A program made the position numbers and the translations under genes. Below, piece by piece: positions 11,123 through 25,290 of a DNA stretch of 62,000 nucleotides (the first letter of the stretch is position 1; each line of letters starts with the position of its first letter). The notes under the pieces are model-generated. The model saw only the letters and a program-made list of their open reading frames with translations, did not search any database and was not told the origin of the DNA. Source of the stretch: Wallemia ichthyophaga EXF-994 (Eukaryota; Fungi; Basidiomycota); NCBI RefSeq assembly GCF_000400465.1, contig NW_008806275.1:249656-311655 (forward strand), written 5' to 3'.

Positions 11123-11261
11123 CCCTTATCCTTAACCTAATTTATCACTTGTACTTGTTCAAAATGAAGAATATATTACTAGCTATACAAAATGTTTCGG
11201 AAAGTGTCTCAAAATTACGTAGAATTTTCGTCAATCTGCATCGGGAACTGTAAAATACGCT

Positions 11262-13790
11262 CTACGTCAGGCTATCACCACGAGGCGGTGGCTGAGGCAT
11301 GGAGTCCATACGCTTGTTTATATTTAGTGGCGCTGTACTGTCGCTTGATGGGCTGTCGCTGACTCTGTCTCGATTGCCTCTCTTGAAAGCGCCCGCGGTG
11401 AGTGTGCGAGGGCTGGTTCCACCATGGTGCATTGGAGGGGAGAAAGTGACGTGGGGCGAGTTGTTCTGTGAATGTGTGTATGTGTACGTGTGTGCATTTG
11501 CATTCGCATACGGCGAATCATACATCTGCATTGGTGCATTCGCAACTCCTCCTGGTGGTGTATCATACGGGTTGATCAGTGGGGAAGTGATTTCCGACGG
11601 TGCAAATGTGCGGTATGAGTGGGAATTCTCCATACCACCATCTTCCTTAGGTGGGGCTGGCGGGGCTGGCAGGGCTGCTCTCTCTACCTCTGCGTCTCTC
11701 TCCACCTCCCTCTTTATCCCACTCCCGTCAACTCTCTCATCTAAGGTATATGGCGCCTCGTTGAGCTGATATCTCGGTATGTCGTCCGCCAAGTGTGTTT
11801 GCGCGTGTGAGGATGCGTCTGAGAGAGCAAAAGCAGGAGCAGGAGCAGGAGCACTGTCTTCATACTGGTCGTTGTATTGGTTGTTGTAGTTCGAGTCACC
11901 TCTGTGAGTGTGCCCCTCGTTATAGTTGTAACCGTAGTTATAAGCAGGAGGCAGCGGTGACGCCTCGCGCGACTCCCCTTCCTCCTCCTCTTCCAGCCCG
12001 ATTCCATGTATGGCTCCTTCTCGCCTGTCTACTTGGGGGCTGTCTGGCTGGGCGAAGTGCACCTGTGGAGTGTGTGCGGTGTGTGGTTGTGATACCTCGT
12101 ATGAGTGCGGGTGTAAGTGTGGATGTGTGTGTGGGTGTGTGTGTGAGTATCCCGGTGCATCAACACCACTCTCCCTCTCCCCTTCACCACCTACATCCAC
12201 ACTCGACAGATTAGGCGGCGTTACATTCTCGGCTTCGGGAGCATTGGGCTGCACATACTCACTCTCACGCTCACTTTCCCCACCTACGAGTATGACGCTC
12301 GGTTTAGTGTTGAGTATAGGTGCGGGAGTGACGCTGCTCGCGCCGACGCCCCCGCCTACACTTTCGCCTGTGCCTCCCCACACAGGTGCATCATTGTATC
12401 CTCCGGCGTGGTTACGCGCAAAGAAAGCGCTGCTGTCGTAGTCATACTGTGCGTTCTCGCCGCGCGCGCGTCTAAGAGAGTTAGCTGAGGGGACTGGGGA
12501 ACTGTGTGTGTGGTGGTGGTAGAGGGGTGTGTCGTCTTTTTCGGAGCTAAAGCTGCCACGCGGCTTTTGATCCATGTGCAACAGCGGTGGTGGCTGTGGG
12601 GGTGACTGAGACTTGGCTTCATCATACGCATTACTGTATGCGTTGGGGTTGTTGCTGGTGCGGAAATCGCCATTGCTGTCAACAGAGTTGAGTGATGCCG
12701 ATGCTGTGTGGTAACCCATCCACGGCTTGGTTTCTGGTGCAACTTGCGGCAAGTCGTCAACAGCCGCGGCAGCTTCTACATCCGCTTTCAAAGCGGAATC
12801 TACTGTGTCTGCGAGGTTTACATCGCGGCTGTCGATGCGTGGTGCAAAGTCGTTGGCTGAGACATCCAGCTCAGGTGGTCGAGATGTAAGAGGAAGTGGT
12901 CCAAAGGAAACTTGAGCAAGAGCCTTCTCTGCCTCTTCTATTATATGAGCCGTTTGCTCACTCCCGCTATAAACAGGATGTGGCTGTCCCGGGGAGGACG
13001 ATTCGAGCTGTATCTCCTACAGAGGTCTGTTAGCCGCACAAACACACCCACTAAACAATGTCCACTCACCTCTAAAAGCAACTTTCCCATTTCACCAACG
13101 ATCGACACTTTCTCAGCATATTCGACGAGGCTGCAGAATTTGTATCCTAGTGCCGTCTTTGTTGTTGCGCGTTTGTAGTCCCAAAGCACCGCCTCGGAGT
13201 TAAGCACTTCTACGTCAAGCTCCGACGCCTGCTGACGGAAACTCTCGAGAAGCTGCGTCTGCTGCGGGAGGTTCTTATTCTCAGTGTTCATCTTTGCGAG
13301 TTTCTTCTCGGCCGACTCGATTTTGCCAGCGAGAGCCTTCCTGCGCTTCTTGACGTCGTCGAGCTCCTCCTCGCGCGTGCGGATGCGCTTGAACTGCTCG
13401 CGTATCTTTGACTGGTAGGACGCGGCAGTGGAGGTGGCAGCAGCCAAGTGGTGAATGAGGGTGGAAGCAGCCCCGCAGACATCCTGAGAGGGATAATTAG
13501 GCGTTGGTCACGGGAAAAGAGGGAAATCACCTTGAGATCATCACCCTCTCCCCATCCCCAGCTCTTGAGATTCTCAGCCACCTTCTCAACTTCCCTGGAT
13601 GCGTGCATTGTACTGAGGCTGTTAGCTGCGGTTATCGCCCACTGAGATTGCCCGCGTACCTCGCCATGGAAACTTTCTCGGATGTGATGACGTCCTGGAG
13701 CACCTTGATATCTTTGTTGCCAAGCGCAGACAGGAACTGGTTGTGCGCCATCTGCGTCTTAAGGCTGCCGAGTTTACCTGACATGGACAT
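11262..13790 (-). CDS. Eisosome PIL1/LSP1-domain (BAR) protein with long low-complexity C-terminal tail
   Basis: LQDVITSEK, WGWGEGDDL, IRTREEELDDVKKRRK, DYKR...KFCSLVEYAEK motifs typical of Pil1-domain proteins; several introns. Confidence 0.75.
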
Positions 13791-13969
13791 CTTTCGTCCG
13801 TGGTGGTGATTGTAGTTGTGAAAGCGGTGCTGGCGCAGAACCAAGTCAAATCACAACAAAAATATAAAGATATACACAGATTTGAATACTTATTGTACAT
13901 GTTGTAATGTGTTCTACGCGTCTTATCAATTACCCGCTGCAAACAAACCATTACGCGAATCACTTTAAT

Positions 13970-15118
13970 CTACGTCTGGATCACTACCACTGCCACTGCC
14001 ACTGCCACCACTACCCAATCCCCGCTCACTTTCCCTTCTCCTCGGAAACTCCCGTCTCTTATCGCGCTTGGTCATCTCCTTGTCCTGCAATCACATGACG
14101 AATAAACATTCCAGTGAATATTTGAATGAATCAACCCACTTTCTTAACCAGTTGGCGCTCTTTTGCAGACAGCTCCAATTCAAGCTGGCGTATTCTCTTC
14201 AACAACGCGTGCGTGGCGGTGTTACCGTTGCTGTTGCTGTTGCTGGCTGGATTCGTGAGCCAAAGAGATGAAAATTGGTCAAAACACACCTGCAACACTC
14301 CTATCCATCCTGCTCAACTCCAAACTAGCCATATCACGCCTGTGTGCCTGTGAGTGTGTAAGTGGGCGTGTGGTGAGTGAAAACTTTCCCACTTTATACT
14401 CTGAACCGAATTTGATGATACTGCCTTTTATAGCGTCATGCATTCTATCCCGCCTTTCAAAATCAGCCACTTTGTTTTTCAGAACTGCATTCTCATCCAT
14501 TAGCTGCTTAATGACGTTACTGGCGTTGTCTAGAGTATCACGTGTACCACGTGTCTCAGATGAGAATTGTGGAGATTGAGGCGATTGAGCGAATGGCGTG
14601 AAATTTAGAGAATAAGATTTGAAATTACTCAGCAAGTTTGTTGCTGTTTGTATAAACGAGGGCTTGTCAGTGTCATCGAGCAATTCATATGAACCCGCCA
14701 AGTCGTTGGTAGTGCTGTACTCCCCGTCCAAAGGAGCAGACGCAAATGCTACTGGATTGCTCATATCACGTATTAGACCCTCAATGTTATCAAAGTATTT
14801 GTTAAATCGATCATCGTAGACGCTGCTTATTTCCTGTTGTGATGGCTCTGGTAATGGCTCTTGTTCTGGCTCTGGCAGTGGCTGCCGCTGCTGCCTAATC
14901 TCCAACGATTCCGCCTGCAACTTATGCTGCACAGACAAACTCCTCAACTGCTTTGATAGCTTGTTATCGCTCGATTGATTCGCAGCCAATTCAAATCCCC
15001 GTTTTGCCTTGTTGTGTGAAATAATTGCCATTTCATAATTATTCGACTTCAGATAATTGATTGCCAGCTCAGATTCTATTTGCGCATTCACTACGGGTGA
15101 AATACTCGAGTTTTCCAT
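13970..15118 (-). CDS. Hypothetical coiled-coil protein with MIT-like N-terminal helices (3' end uncertain)
   Basis: 279-aa ORF plus downstream GT-AG exons; no family confidently recognised. Confidence 0.55.
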
Positions 15119-15152
15119 CGTTCAAGTCGACGGCCATCTCCTAAAGCACAGA

Positions 15153-17256
15153 ATGGGCAGGAAATCAAGTAATAAAATAACCAAATGTAATCTCAGCCTT
15201 TTCTAACACGCTACACAGAGCAGAAGCAACAGGATCCAGTCCCTCACCAGCCTAGACAAGCTCACGGCACACGAGTCACAAAGAGGAAGGCAAAAGACGC
15301 TGCACTTGACACCTCAAATAAGAAATCAAAGCAGGTGAACCAGGCCAAGCAGCCAAGAAAACCAAAGCAACCTTCTTCTTCTCCTTCGATCCACTCTGAG
15401 GATGAGCAAGATGAGCAAGATGCCTCTGATGATGCCTCCGAAGCCTCCGAATCAGCCTCCGATAACCTCCAGGACTTACAAGGCTCTGATGATGACGACG
15501 AATTTGATCTCGACGCCAGTGACGCTGATGCTCCTCAAAATCCTCCCCAGCAACTCGTCTTCTCTGATCAAGATGATAGCGAGGATGGCTCACAAGACTC
15601 AGACGCAGATTCAGACTCAGACGAGCAATCTGATGTTCAAGGCGCTGAGCCTAGAAGAGAGAAACTCTCCGCCAAAAAATCCAAAAAATTGGATCAAGAA
15701 GCCCTCCTTGAAGCTGCAGACGCAGAAGCAGAAATGATTAGAACTAACATTGCTGGTCTCGAGCCTAACGAGATGGGTGAGGTCGATGATGATATGGTTC
15801 TCCCCACTCAAGAGGATAAGGAGAGAGAGGCTACTGAGGGTGCTGACGCCCAAACCGTTTACGGTCGTATAGGCGATATTGTCCGCATTCTAGGCGACTT
15901 TCATCGCTTTAAGGCTGCTAACAGGAGCAGAGCTGATTACACTGATCAGCTTGTTGCTGATATTGCTAGTTACTATGGCTACACTCCGTTCCTCGCTGAG
16001 AAACTTTTCTCCATGTTCAGTCCTGATGAAGTGAGTAGAGAGTTGTGCATTCGTATCACCTCTCACTCCCTTCTCTCCAGTCTATTGCCTTTTTTGACGC
16101 TAACGAAACTCCACGTCCTGTTACCATTAGAGCTAACACCCTTAAAACCCGCAGGAGGGATCTCGCCCAAGCACTCATTAACAGAGGTGTCTCTCTAGAG
16201 CCAATCGGTAAATGGACCAAAGTTGGTCTACAGATATTCGACTCTAGTGTTCCTGTCGGTGCAACGCCAGAGTATTTGGCTGGTCACTACATGCTCCAAT
16301 CTCCATCATCATTCCTTCCCGTTATGGCACTCGATCCGAAAACAAATGAGCGTGTACTTGACATGGCTAGTGCTCCAGGTGGTAAAACAAGCTACATGTC
16401 CGCTTTGATGCAGAACACGGGTGTCGTTTTCGCCAATGATGCCAACGCTTCAAGGACCAAGAGTCTTAGTGCGAATGTGCACAGGCTTGGCTGCAAGAAT
16501 GTAGTCGTCTGCAGCTACGATGGTAGACAATTCCCCAAGGTTATTGGAGGGTTTGATAGGGTGTGAGTTGGATGGTTGTGTGTTGACGTATTATTCTGAC
16601 GCTTTTCTAGATTGTTAGATGCACCATGCAGTGGTACGGGTGTCGTATCTAAAGACCAGTCGGTAAAGGTGAACAAGGTGAGTGAATGTCTTGAAGATAG
16701 AAGCAAGCTAAAAAGACCCCAGACTGAACGCGACTTTGCACTACTCTCGCATCTTCAGAAACAACTTATTCTCTGTGCGATAGACTCTATTAACACAAAA
16801 TCATCAACTGGCGGATACGTAGTGTATTCGACGTGTTCAGTGACGGTAGAGGAGGATGAGGGAGTGGTAGATTACGCGCTGAAAAAGAGACCAAATGTGA
16901 AACTTGTTCATACTGGGCTCGAATTCGGTGTAGAGGGATTCACAAACATTGGCGGAAAGAAGTTCCATAAGGATATGCACCTCACTAGGCGCTTCTATCC
17001 ACACGTGCACAACATGGAAGGATTCTTTGTGTCCAAGCTGCACGTACTGCCGAGAGCCGTAGTGAAGAACAAGCTGGCGCAGCAGGAGAAGAATGACGCT
17101 GACGATACTGGAGTTCTCGTTGATGACGATGAGGATGAAAAGGAAGCGGGAGATGTCACCTTCAATGATGATGAGGATAAGCAGTTGATGCAGAAAAATC
17201 AACGCCGCCAACAGAAAGCGAAGGGTATTAAGCCATCTAAGCCAACAACCAAGTAA
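15153..17256 (+). CDS. NOP2: 25S rRNA cytosine-C5 methyltransferase Nop2
   Basis: IRANTLKTRRRDLAQALINRGV, VLDMASAPGGKT, LDAPCSGTG, YSTCSVTVEEDE, RRFYPHVHNMEGFFVSKL. Confidence 0.95.
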
Positions 17257-17466
17257 TTTATTAAGTCTCTTTGTTATCCGATATACATATTTAGACATGG
17301 AATAGACCTGGGAGGATGAATGGGCGGTTGAAATAGAAATAAAATAATGTTGAGACAGCTGTAGATATTTTAAACAACCTTACGCAGCTCACTGTGCCAC
17401 TCAAGAAATTTAGTGATATCCAACATATGATTCGCCGCCTCGCCTCATCTCTTCTCATCCATCATC

Positions 17467-19586
17467 ATGCTTAGATTGAGAAATATCCGCGGCTGTGGGT
17501 TTTAAAGGGAAACACAGATATAAACCTCTTACATAACTCAGCGCCGCTTTCTAGACGTGCTTTCTCGACTTCGGCCGTTGTTTCGAGAGTTGTGGCCACC
17601 GACCCAGTCAAGGCGAAGCACGCAGAGAACAATGTGAGTGCTGTGGCCGGAATTGCTGTAAAATAGCTCACGCTGCCATTCGAGGGATTTGCTGCTTCCA
17701 ACTACCCAGTAATCGATCATGAATACGATGCAGTCGTCGTCGGTGCCGGCGGTTCTGGTCTTCGTGCCGCTTTCGGTTTGGCAGAGGCTGGCCACAAGAC
17801 AGCTTGTATCACTAAGCTGTTCCCAACGCGCTCGCATACTGTCGCTGCTCAGGTAACGTTACTTGATGCACGCCACACCCATCTCACTTAAAGACAGGGC
17901 GGTATCAACGCTGCACTTGGCAATATGACAAAGGACGACTGGAGATGGCACATGTACGATACTGTGAGTGGTATTAACGCGTTTTAGCCCGTTTTCCCCA
18001 CTCACATCCGATAGGTCAAAGGCTCTGATTGGCTCGGTGACCAAGACGCAATCCATTACATGTGTCGTGAAGCGCCACGCACCGTCGTCGAGCTGGAGCA
18101 CTACGGTGTTCCTTTCTCTCGTACCGCCGATGGAAAAATCTACCAGCGTGCATTTGGTGGTCAATCACTTGAGTACGGTAAGGGTGGCCAGGCGTACAGG
18201 TGTGCAGCTGCTGCAGACCGTACTGGGCACGCTCTCTTGCACACGCTCTACGGTCAATCACTTCGCCACGACACAAACTTCTTCATCGAATATTTTGCAC
18301 TCGACTTGATCATGGAAGATGGCGAGTGTGTCGGTGTAATGGCGCTCAATATGGAGGATGGCACTCTGCATCGTTTCAGATCACACAACACGGTTCTCGC
18401 TACCGGTGGTTACGGTCGCTCATACTTCTCGTGCACCTCTGCACACACCTGCACAGGTGATGGTAATGCGATGGTTTCTAGAGCTGGCTTGCCGCTCCAG
18501 GATCTTGAGTTTGTGCAGTTCCACCCTACTGGTATTTATGGTGCGGGCTGTCTCATCACGGAGGGATCACGTGGTGAGGGTGGTTACCTTCTCAACTCTG
18601 AGGGTGAAAGATTCATGGAACGTTACGCACCAACTGCAAAAGATTTGGCTTCACGTGATGTCGTCTCTCGTTCGATGACGATAGAAATACGTGAAGGAAG
18701 AGGTGTGGGTCCGGAGAAGGACCACTGTTACCTCCAACTGTCTCACTTGCCACCTGATGTGTTGCACGAGCGACTTCCAGGTATTTCAGAGACAGCAGCC
18801 ATCTTCTCTGGTGTAGATGTCACCAAAGAGCCAATCCCAGTATTGCCAACGGTGCACTACAACATGGGTGGTATACCAACGAAATGGACAGGAGAGGTTT
18901 TGTCAATCGATGAGCAAGGCAAGGACAAGGTGGTACCTGGATTGTATGCGGCAGGAGAAGCAGCTTGTGTATCTGTCCACGGAGCCAACAGATTGGGAGC
19001 CAACTCACTCCTTGATATCGTTGTGTTCGGTAGGGCGTGCGCTAACCACATTCGTGACAACAACGAAGCTGGAAAGCCACACAAGAAGATTAGCGAAAAT
19101 GCCGGGATGGGTAGTATAGAGAATCTTGACAAGGTGCGCAACTCTACTGGTCCAAAATCTACAGCGGATATACGTCTTGATATGCAGAAGGTTATGCAAT
19201 CAGACGCAGCTGTATTCAGAACCGATCAGAGTTTGCAAGAGGGAGTGGAGAAGATGAAGAAGGTTTACGACTCGTATGCTCAAATTGGATTGAGCGATAG
19301 AAGCATGATATGGAACACAGACTTGGTGGAGAGCCTCGAATTGACAAATTTGCTCCAGTGCGCTATGCAGACTATCGTGGCTGCTGCTAATCGTAAAGAG
19401 AGCCGTGGTGCTCATGCAAGAGAGGACTTTAGCGAGCGCGATGATGAAAAGTGGATGAAACACACACTCACATTCCAGCCAGACGTAGAGAGCAATAACG
19501 TTGATCTTACGTACAGGGCTGTTGAGGGCGAGACGCTGGATGAAAGTGAGTGCAAGTCGGTACCGCCATTCCAGCGTTCATACTAG
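17467..19586 (+). CDS. SDH1: Succinate dehydrogenase flavoprotein subunit
   Basis: Mitochondrial presequence, [60 protein letters not shown]. Confidence 0.98.
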
Positions 19587-19727
19587 ATGGGCTGAATTTG
19601 TAGCTGAATTTCATTGATAATATTGATAAGTATAAATAAATACATAATTTCTCCCGGGAAATCCCGGCTAACTTATGGTATTTCCACGCCGGCAATTCGG
19701 TTGAAAGCGTCTTATCGCACAACAACC

Positions 19728-22427
19728 ATGACAAAAAACACAGAATTATTTAAAGATAAAGTGGCAATCATCACTGGCGCTGGTGGTGGACTTGGGAGAT
19801 GGTAAGATGGTGATGTAGTTCGCGTATGCCACGCTGAAAGATTCAAAGCTACGCACGCCTCCTCGCACAGCACGGTGCTAAAGTCGTCGTCAACGATGTA
19901 TCTCTCGACGCAGCTGACAAGGTTGTCGCGGAGATTAAGCAGAGTGGGTGAAGTTGGCAGTGGAAGTGGCAGATGGCTCAACGCACCCAACACAGCCGGT
20001 GGAGTGGCTATAGCCGATTCACACTCAGTGACAGATGGCGCGAACGTTATCCAGTCTGCGCTGTCTGCGTTTGGTACTCTGCACATACTTATCAATAACG
20101 CTGGTCTGTTTTCATTGTGATTGCGTCATTGCGATTTCTTATCACACCACAGGCATCCTCAGAGACCGCTCATTCGCCAAAATGTCAGATAAAGTGGGGT
20201 TTTATGAGTCCACAGCTACTCAACTCACATTTTACCCCAGGAATGGGACCAGGTCATCGATATCCACCTCACAGGCTCTTTCTCCTGCTCTAAAGCTGCT
20301 TGGCCTGTCTTTAGGAAGCAGAAGTTTGGCCGTATCATTAATACAGCCTCAGCCGCTGGTTTATAGTGGGTGCTGGTAGTGTACACAACCACGCAGTCTT
20401 CTAACTCCCCTTCAGCGGTAACAGAGGCCAAGCTGTATGCCGAGATCTGTCATATAATATCCACTAACAGCTTCACAGAACTATAGCGCTGCTAAAATGG
20501 GTCTCACCGCATTCTCCAAGACTTTGGCCAGTGCGTGTACCTTAGCTTAACCCACTCAATCCCTTACTCATTGCCTTCACTCCAGTCGAAGGCGCGAAAT
20601 ACAACATTCGTGCTAATACAGTCGTCCCAGTAAGTGGCTTTACAAATATTTGCACGCAGAAGAAATGACAAGAGGTAGATGGCCAAAAGCGCAATGGTGA
20701 GCGTGTTGTTGGCGTTATTTCATCTATTCTAACAATCAACTCACAGACTGAAACAGTCCTTCCAGTTGATATTCTTGAAAAGTTGCTGCCTGAGGCTGTC
20801 GCACCTTTCGTAGCGTTCCTTTGCTTGCCCGATGAAGCAGGCTCGCCCGAATCAGGGCCTATAACAGGGAGAGTCTTTGAAGTTGGTGCGGGTTACTGCA
20901 CTGAATTGCGCTGGGAGCGTGCTAAAGGTGGGTTTATTGAGTTGAAAAGTCAAAACTGTCTCAGAACACTCTCTTACGTTTGCTGCAGGCCACATCTTCA
21001 AGCCAGATGACTCATTCACGCCGTCGGCTGTCAAGGCACAATGGCACAACGTCATGGATTTCAACCAAGGCAGAGAATACCCAAAGCGTGTCGAAGATTC
21101 CCACGGCAAGATAGAGGAAGTAACTAAAATGTCTCCTAAGATGCCCTCAAACACACAAGCAGAACCTGCAGTGCGTTTCGACAAACAGACTGTCATTATT
21201 ACTGGCAGTGGGGCTGGTCTCGGACGCATCTACGCGCTCATGTTTGCCAGTCTGGGTGGGAATGTCGTTGTGAATGATGTCTCAGAGCAAGCAGCTCAGG
21301 GGGTAGTCAACGAAATTAAGGGTGGTGGGAAGGGCGATGCGGTTGCTGTTGTTACGAGTGCTGAAGATGGTGATGCACTCGTCAACGCTGCTATCAACTC
21401 GTTCGGCAGGATCGACGCACTCGTAGCTAACGCTGGTATTCTGCGCGATAAGAGTTTCGCAGGCATGACCAAACCTGAATGGGATGCAGTCCTCGCTGTT
21501 CATCTAAGAGGTACTTATAAGGTTGTATTGGTTTGGGTGTGGTGAGATGAAGCCTTCTGACAATGTTTTGCTAGTCAATTAAGGCCGTTTACCCGCTTTT
21601 CCAGAAACAAGGTTATGGGCGTATCGTCACTACGGCATCAGGTGTCTCGCTGCATGGTAACTTTGGACAGGCTGTGTGTATGCGGTGTGTAGACGATATT
21701 CACTCATTCAAAATCCTCGCAGAACTACTCCTCGGCCAAAGCTGCGATTATAGGCCTCACTCGCTCCGTTGCTATCGAGGGTGAGAAGTACGGGTAAGTG
21801 TTGAACCGGGTCCTCGGATCTCCGCCGCTGATGACATGTCGGTATTAGTATTCTCGCGAATGCGATAGTCCCGACGGCGGGAACTGCGGTGAGTGTGAAG
21901 TGTCTACACAAATGTGTGGAAGAAGAGCGATTGTACTAATGCGCCTATTTCAGATGACAGCGACAGTATGGCCAGAGGAGATGATAAAAATCTTCAAGGT
22001 GGGTTGAATGTGGTGTATTGCTAGCATTCACACGAACACTAACATATTTGCAGCCCGATTACGTTGCGCCGATAGTCGGCTATCTCGTCTCGAAAGGTGG
22101 GTATGAGTAAACAAATAAGCGGGGCACATCTAATAAACCCCACAGACAACGGGGATACGGGGCTAGTGGTGGAAGTTGCGGCGGGATGGTCAGCTGCCAT
22201 ACGTTACCAGAGAGGCGGCGGGCATCGCTTCGACGGGGCGAGATACGCGCCCGAGGATGTCGCGATGAATTGGAAGCGTATTGCAGGGTTTGAAGATGGC
22301 AGGGCACATTACCCGACGTCGACAGCTGACTCACTGATGAAGGTATGTGGGGTGTTTGCGTGGAGATGGTGTGCTGACCGCTGCTCGGCTGCAGTTCCTC
22401 GAGAGTGCCAAGGAAGCGAAGCTGTGA
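19728..22427 (+). CDS. FOX2: Peroxisomal Fox2-like protein: two SDR 3-hydroxyacyl-CoA dehydrogenase domains, no hydratase domain, C-terminal PTS1 (AKL)
   Basis: Two GxGxGLGR / NAGILRD / NYSAAK SDR units over many introns; last exon FLESAKEAKL* (TGA 22425-22427). Confidence 0.8.
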
Positions 22428-22748
22428 TAGTAAACAAATGAACGTAGCTATTAAGCAACTTAACAACTGAATAAGTAACTTGGAATGATGAATTTTAAAT
22501 TTACAAATTTTATGCGTCCACCGAGCAACCATATGACCTAGTGAGTCGGATGTGATGGGCGAGGGAGTGCGAGGGGATATCGGTAGCGGAGGAAGCGGAA
22601 TGAATTGGGAGGCGTGAGTGATGGCTAAATACATAGCTCACTCCACGCTCACTTGAATTACCGCTGTGTTCCTGAGTGTTTAAAACCCGGGGTTCTCCGC
22701 AAAACTGGTTGGTGGAGTCAGTGTCGCGTGTGTGGTTGTAGAGGTACG

Positions 22749-24281
22749 ATGAACACGCAGACGACGCAAACGGATGTGCATAGGCAGAGGTTTGTAGAGG
22801 GGAATGGGGGGAATAATAGGAGTGGAAGAGGGAGTGGGAGTGGTGCCGCTCACTTACCAAGCAGTGCGCCTACCAAGTTATTCCCGCTGCAGCTTCCAAG
22901 CAGAGAGAATTCAAGGCCCGTGAATCAGGTGCAATCACAGTCTCAGTCGCATCCACAGCAGCCCAAGTCCCAGTCACGCCATTTACAACTCCACCCACCT
23001 CCGCCACCACCACCACCAATCAAATCAGTCTACAGCGGTCCTATTCCACCACCATCACTGTTCAGACGGAGTAATGAGGATCTTAAAGCCCAGACGTCGC
23101 ATACGGGGCACTCTAAGCACCCCGCACACCCCGCAAACAACTCCTTCCCCACTCTACCGCCGATCAGCAGCGTTGAGGGCGTCGTTGAGGAGAATGATGC
23201 AGGCACACGCAAGCGCAAATCACAGGATACAAGTGGCAGTTTTTCAGATGAGACACATGGTAAGCATCAGATGCAGATGCCGACGCAACAGACGCAACAG
23301 ACGCAACAGTCACAGTACACTCACACACAACGCACCAAGAATGGCAGCGGTAACGGTAAAGCCAAAAGCGCGCGCAGACGTGCGTGCGAGGAGTGCGCAC
23401 GCGCCAAAGCACGCTGTAAAGTGGAGCCAGGTGATGGAGTAACACCGCCAATGTGCACGAGGTGCAAGATGTACGGCCATTCGTGCCTCTTACCGGAGGG
23501 ATATGTGATCGATAGCGACTGGATGGATGAGGATGTACAGACGCCGCGGAAGAGGGCGAGACGTAACACGGCCAACAGCAACAGTAACAGCAGTGGAGAT
23601 GATAGAGGTAGGGAGAGGGATTGTGAGAGGGAGGGATATCTCGATGGTGTTGGTGTTAGGGATAAAGAAAGAGACACAAGTAGAGATAGGGATAGAGAGG
23701 TCGACTGGCATATGCATAGACGTCTCAGCGAAGCGTGGCAGTATCACCACGGCCACCCTTCACCTTCAAGTTATAACTTGATACCACCCGGTTTTGAACA
23801 ACGCGAACAACGCGAACAACGCGAACAACGCGAACAACGGGATCAATGGGATCTTTACTCGCAATACTCACATTACCCTCAATATACCCAGCACACTCCT
23901 CACACCACTCAACAACCCCCTCAACCACCTAATAGATATGGATATCCTCAGATGCACTACTCACCAACAGTACCATCAGCACCTTCAGCACCTTCAGCAC
24001 CGTCGATGGATGTAGCCTTCTTGCGTGGGTGGTATTAAACATACAAAATTCTCCCTAACACAAACACACACACAGAAGCTGAAATGGCTAGCTACCCTTT
24101 TCTCAGACACATTGCTGGCTATGATCTCAGCAGGTTGTCCTTGTTTCTTTCCGCGGCTGTACGTGTCGGTATTACGGGGATATACGCAGGCGAGCAGACG
24201 ACGCAGGGGCACTCGCAGGGGCACTCACAGTCACAGCAATCCCAGCAGTCATCACAGCCAGCACAAGAGCCACGAGAGTAA
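22749..24281 (+). CDS. Zn(II)2Cys6 transcription factor, low-complexity, no fungal-TF middle domain
   Basis: RRACEECARAKARCKVEPGDGVTPPMCTRCKMYGHSC; probable intron near 24025-24075 extends CDS to TAA 24281. Confidence 0.8.
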
Positions 24282-24345
24282 TTTGAAATATTCAAGAGAA
24301 AGATGTAAGACATGTAAGACATGTAGAATTAATTAAGTTATTACT

Positions 24346-25242
24346 TTATTTCGACGGCGATGGATCGACGGGTGAACCAAATTCAGTAGTCTTGTTGTCA
24401 ATACCACGGCGAATGTGGTCGTCGTCGAGGTGATCGAGACGGTGCAGTTCGCTGCGAGTGTAATGCACGAGGCTGTTGAGGTGGATAGGGATAGCGACTT
24501 CCATAGCCTCGCCATGTACGCCCTCTTCCTCCCTAACGGCTCTACCAGAAGGGGACAACTCCATGTCACCCGAGTCAATCTCCTCCTTGACGCCTCTACC
24601 TGAGTAGATATTCCTCCAGAACGCAGCAGCGAGTACAGCATCACCGCGGACGAGTCCCTCGTCATACGCCACACCTGAACCACGCCACATATCCAAATAA
24701 GCCATCATGTAACCTCTAACAGTGCGCTCCTGGGTGATTTTAAACTTGTGACGAATACGCGATTCAATGTCGATGAAAAAGTGATTAATGAGCTCCTGTA
24801 TATAGAGACGTGCGAGTGGTTCTGGGAGAGCTCTGAACCTGACGGTAAGCAACCAAATGTGGAGGTTAGTGAGGTGGAACCACGTGTTGAAGGTGGGCGG
24901 GAGGTTAGCAGTTTTAAGGAATTCACCGTGGCCTTCTTCCCACTCGGCACACCTATCGTAGTAGTCGGAGGTGGTGCGTATTGCGGTGGAGGTGTCGCTG
25001 TTGTATCCAAATAACTTGGCTATGGAGAAGACGATTTTCTTGGTTAGTTCGGAATGCTGCTTGGGCGGGCGTGCCTTTGGTGAGAGCGGGGTGGCGGAAA
25101 GGAGAGGTTTCTTGTGCGGTGGCTGTGGCTGCGACTGCGAGTGGTTCGACTGAGTGGATAACAAACTCCTAGTGGGATTGCGGGCTATGGCGCGTACAAT
25201 ACACCGCTGGTTCGCTTTAATAGCATTCGTTATTAGTGGCAT
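24346..25242 (-). CDS. CBP3: Ubiquinol-cytochrome c reductase assembly chaperone Cbp3/UQCC1
   Basis: PPTFNTWFHLTNLHIWLLTVRFRAL, YDEGLVRGDAVLAAAFWRNIY; mitochondrial-type N-terminus. Confidence 0.9.
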   Translation of the reverse strand: MPLITNAIKANQRCIVRAIARNPTRSLLSTQSNHSQSQPQPPHKKPLLSATPLSPKARPPKQHSELTKKIVFSIAKLFGYNSDTSTAIRTTSDYYDRCAEWEEGHGEFLKTANLPPTFNTWFHLTNLHIWLLTVRFRALPEPLARLYIQELINHFFIDIESRIRHKFKITQERTVRGYMMAYLDMWRGSGVAYDEGLVRGDAVLAAAFWRNIYSGRGVKEEIDSGDMELSPSGRAVREEEGVHGEAMEVAIPIHLNSLVHYTRSELHRLDHLDDDHIRRGIDNKTTEFGSPVDPSPSK

Positions 25243-25290
25243 GGTGGTTGTGGTGCTAGAGCCATTCGTCTTCTCTTCTCGCTCCGGACA

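Noticed and set aside
23802-23837. 9-bp repeat (cgcgaacaa)x4 encoding REQ repeats
   Set aside because: Ordinary low-complexity slippage in a disordered TF region.
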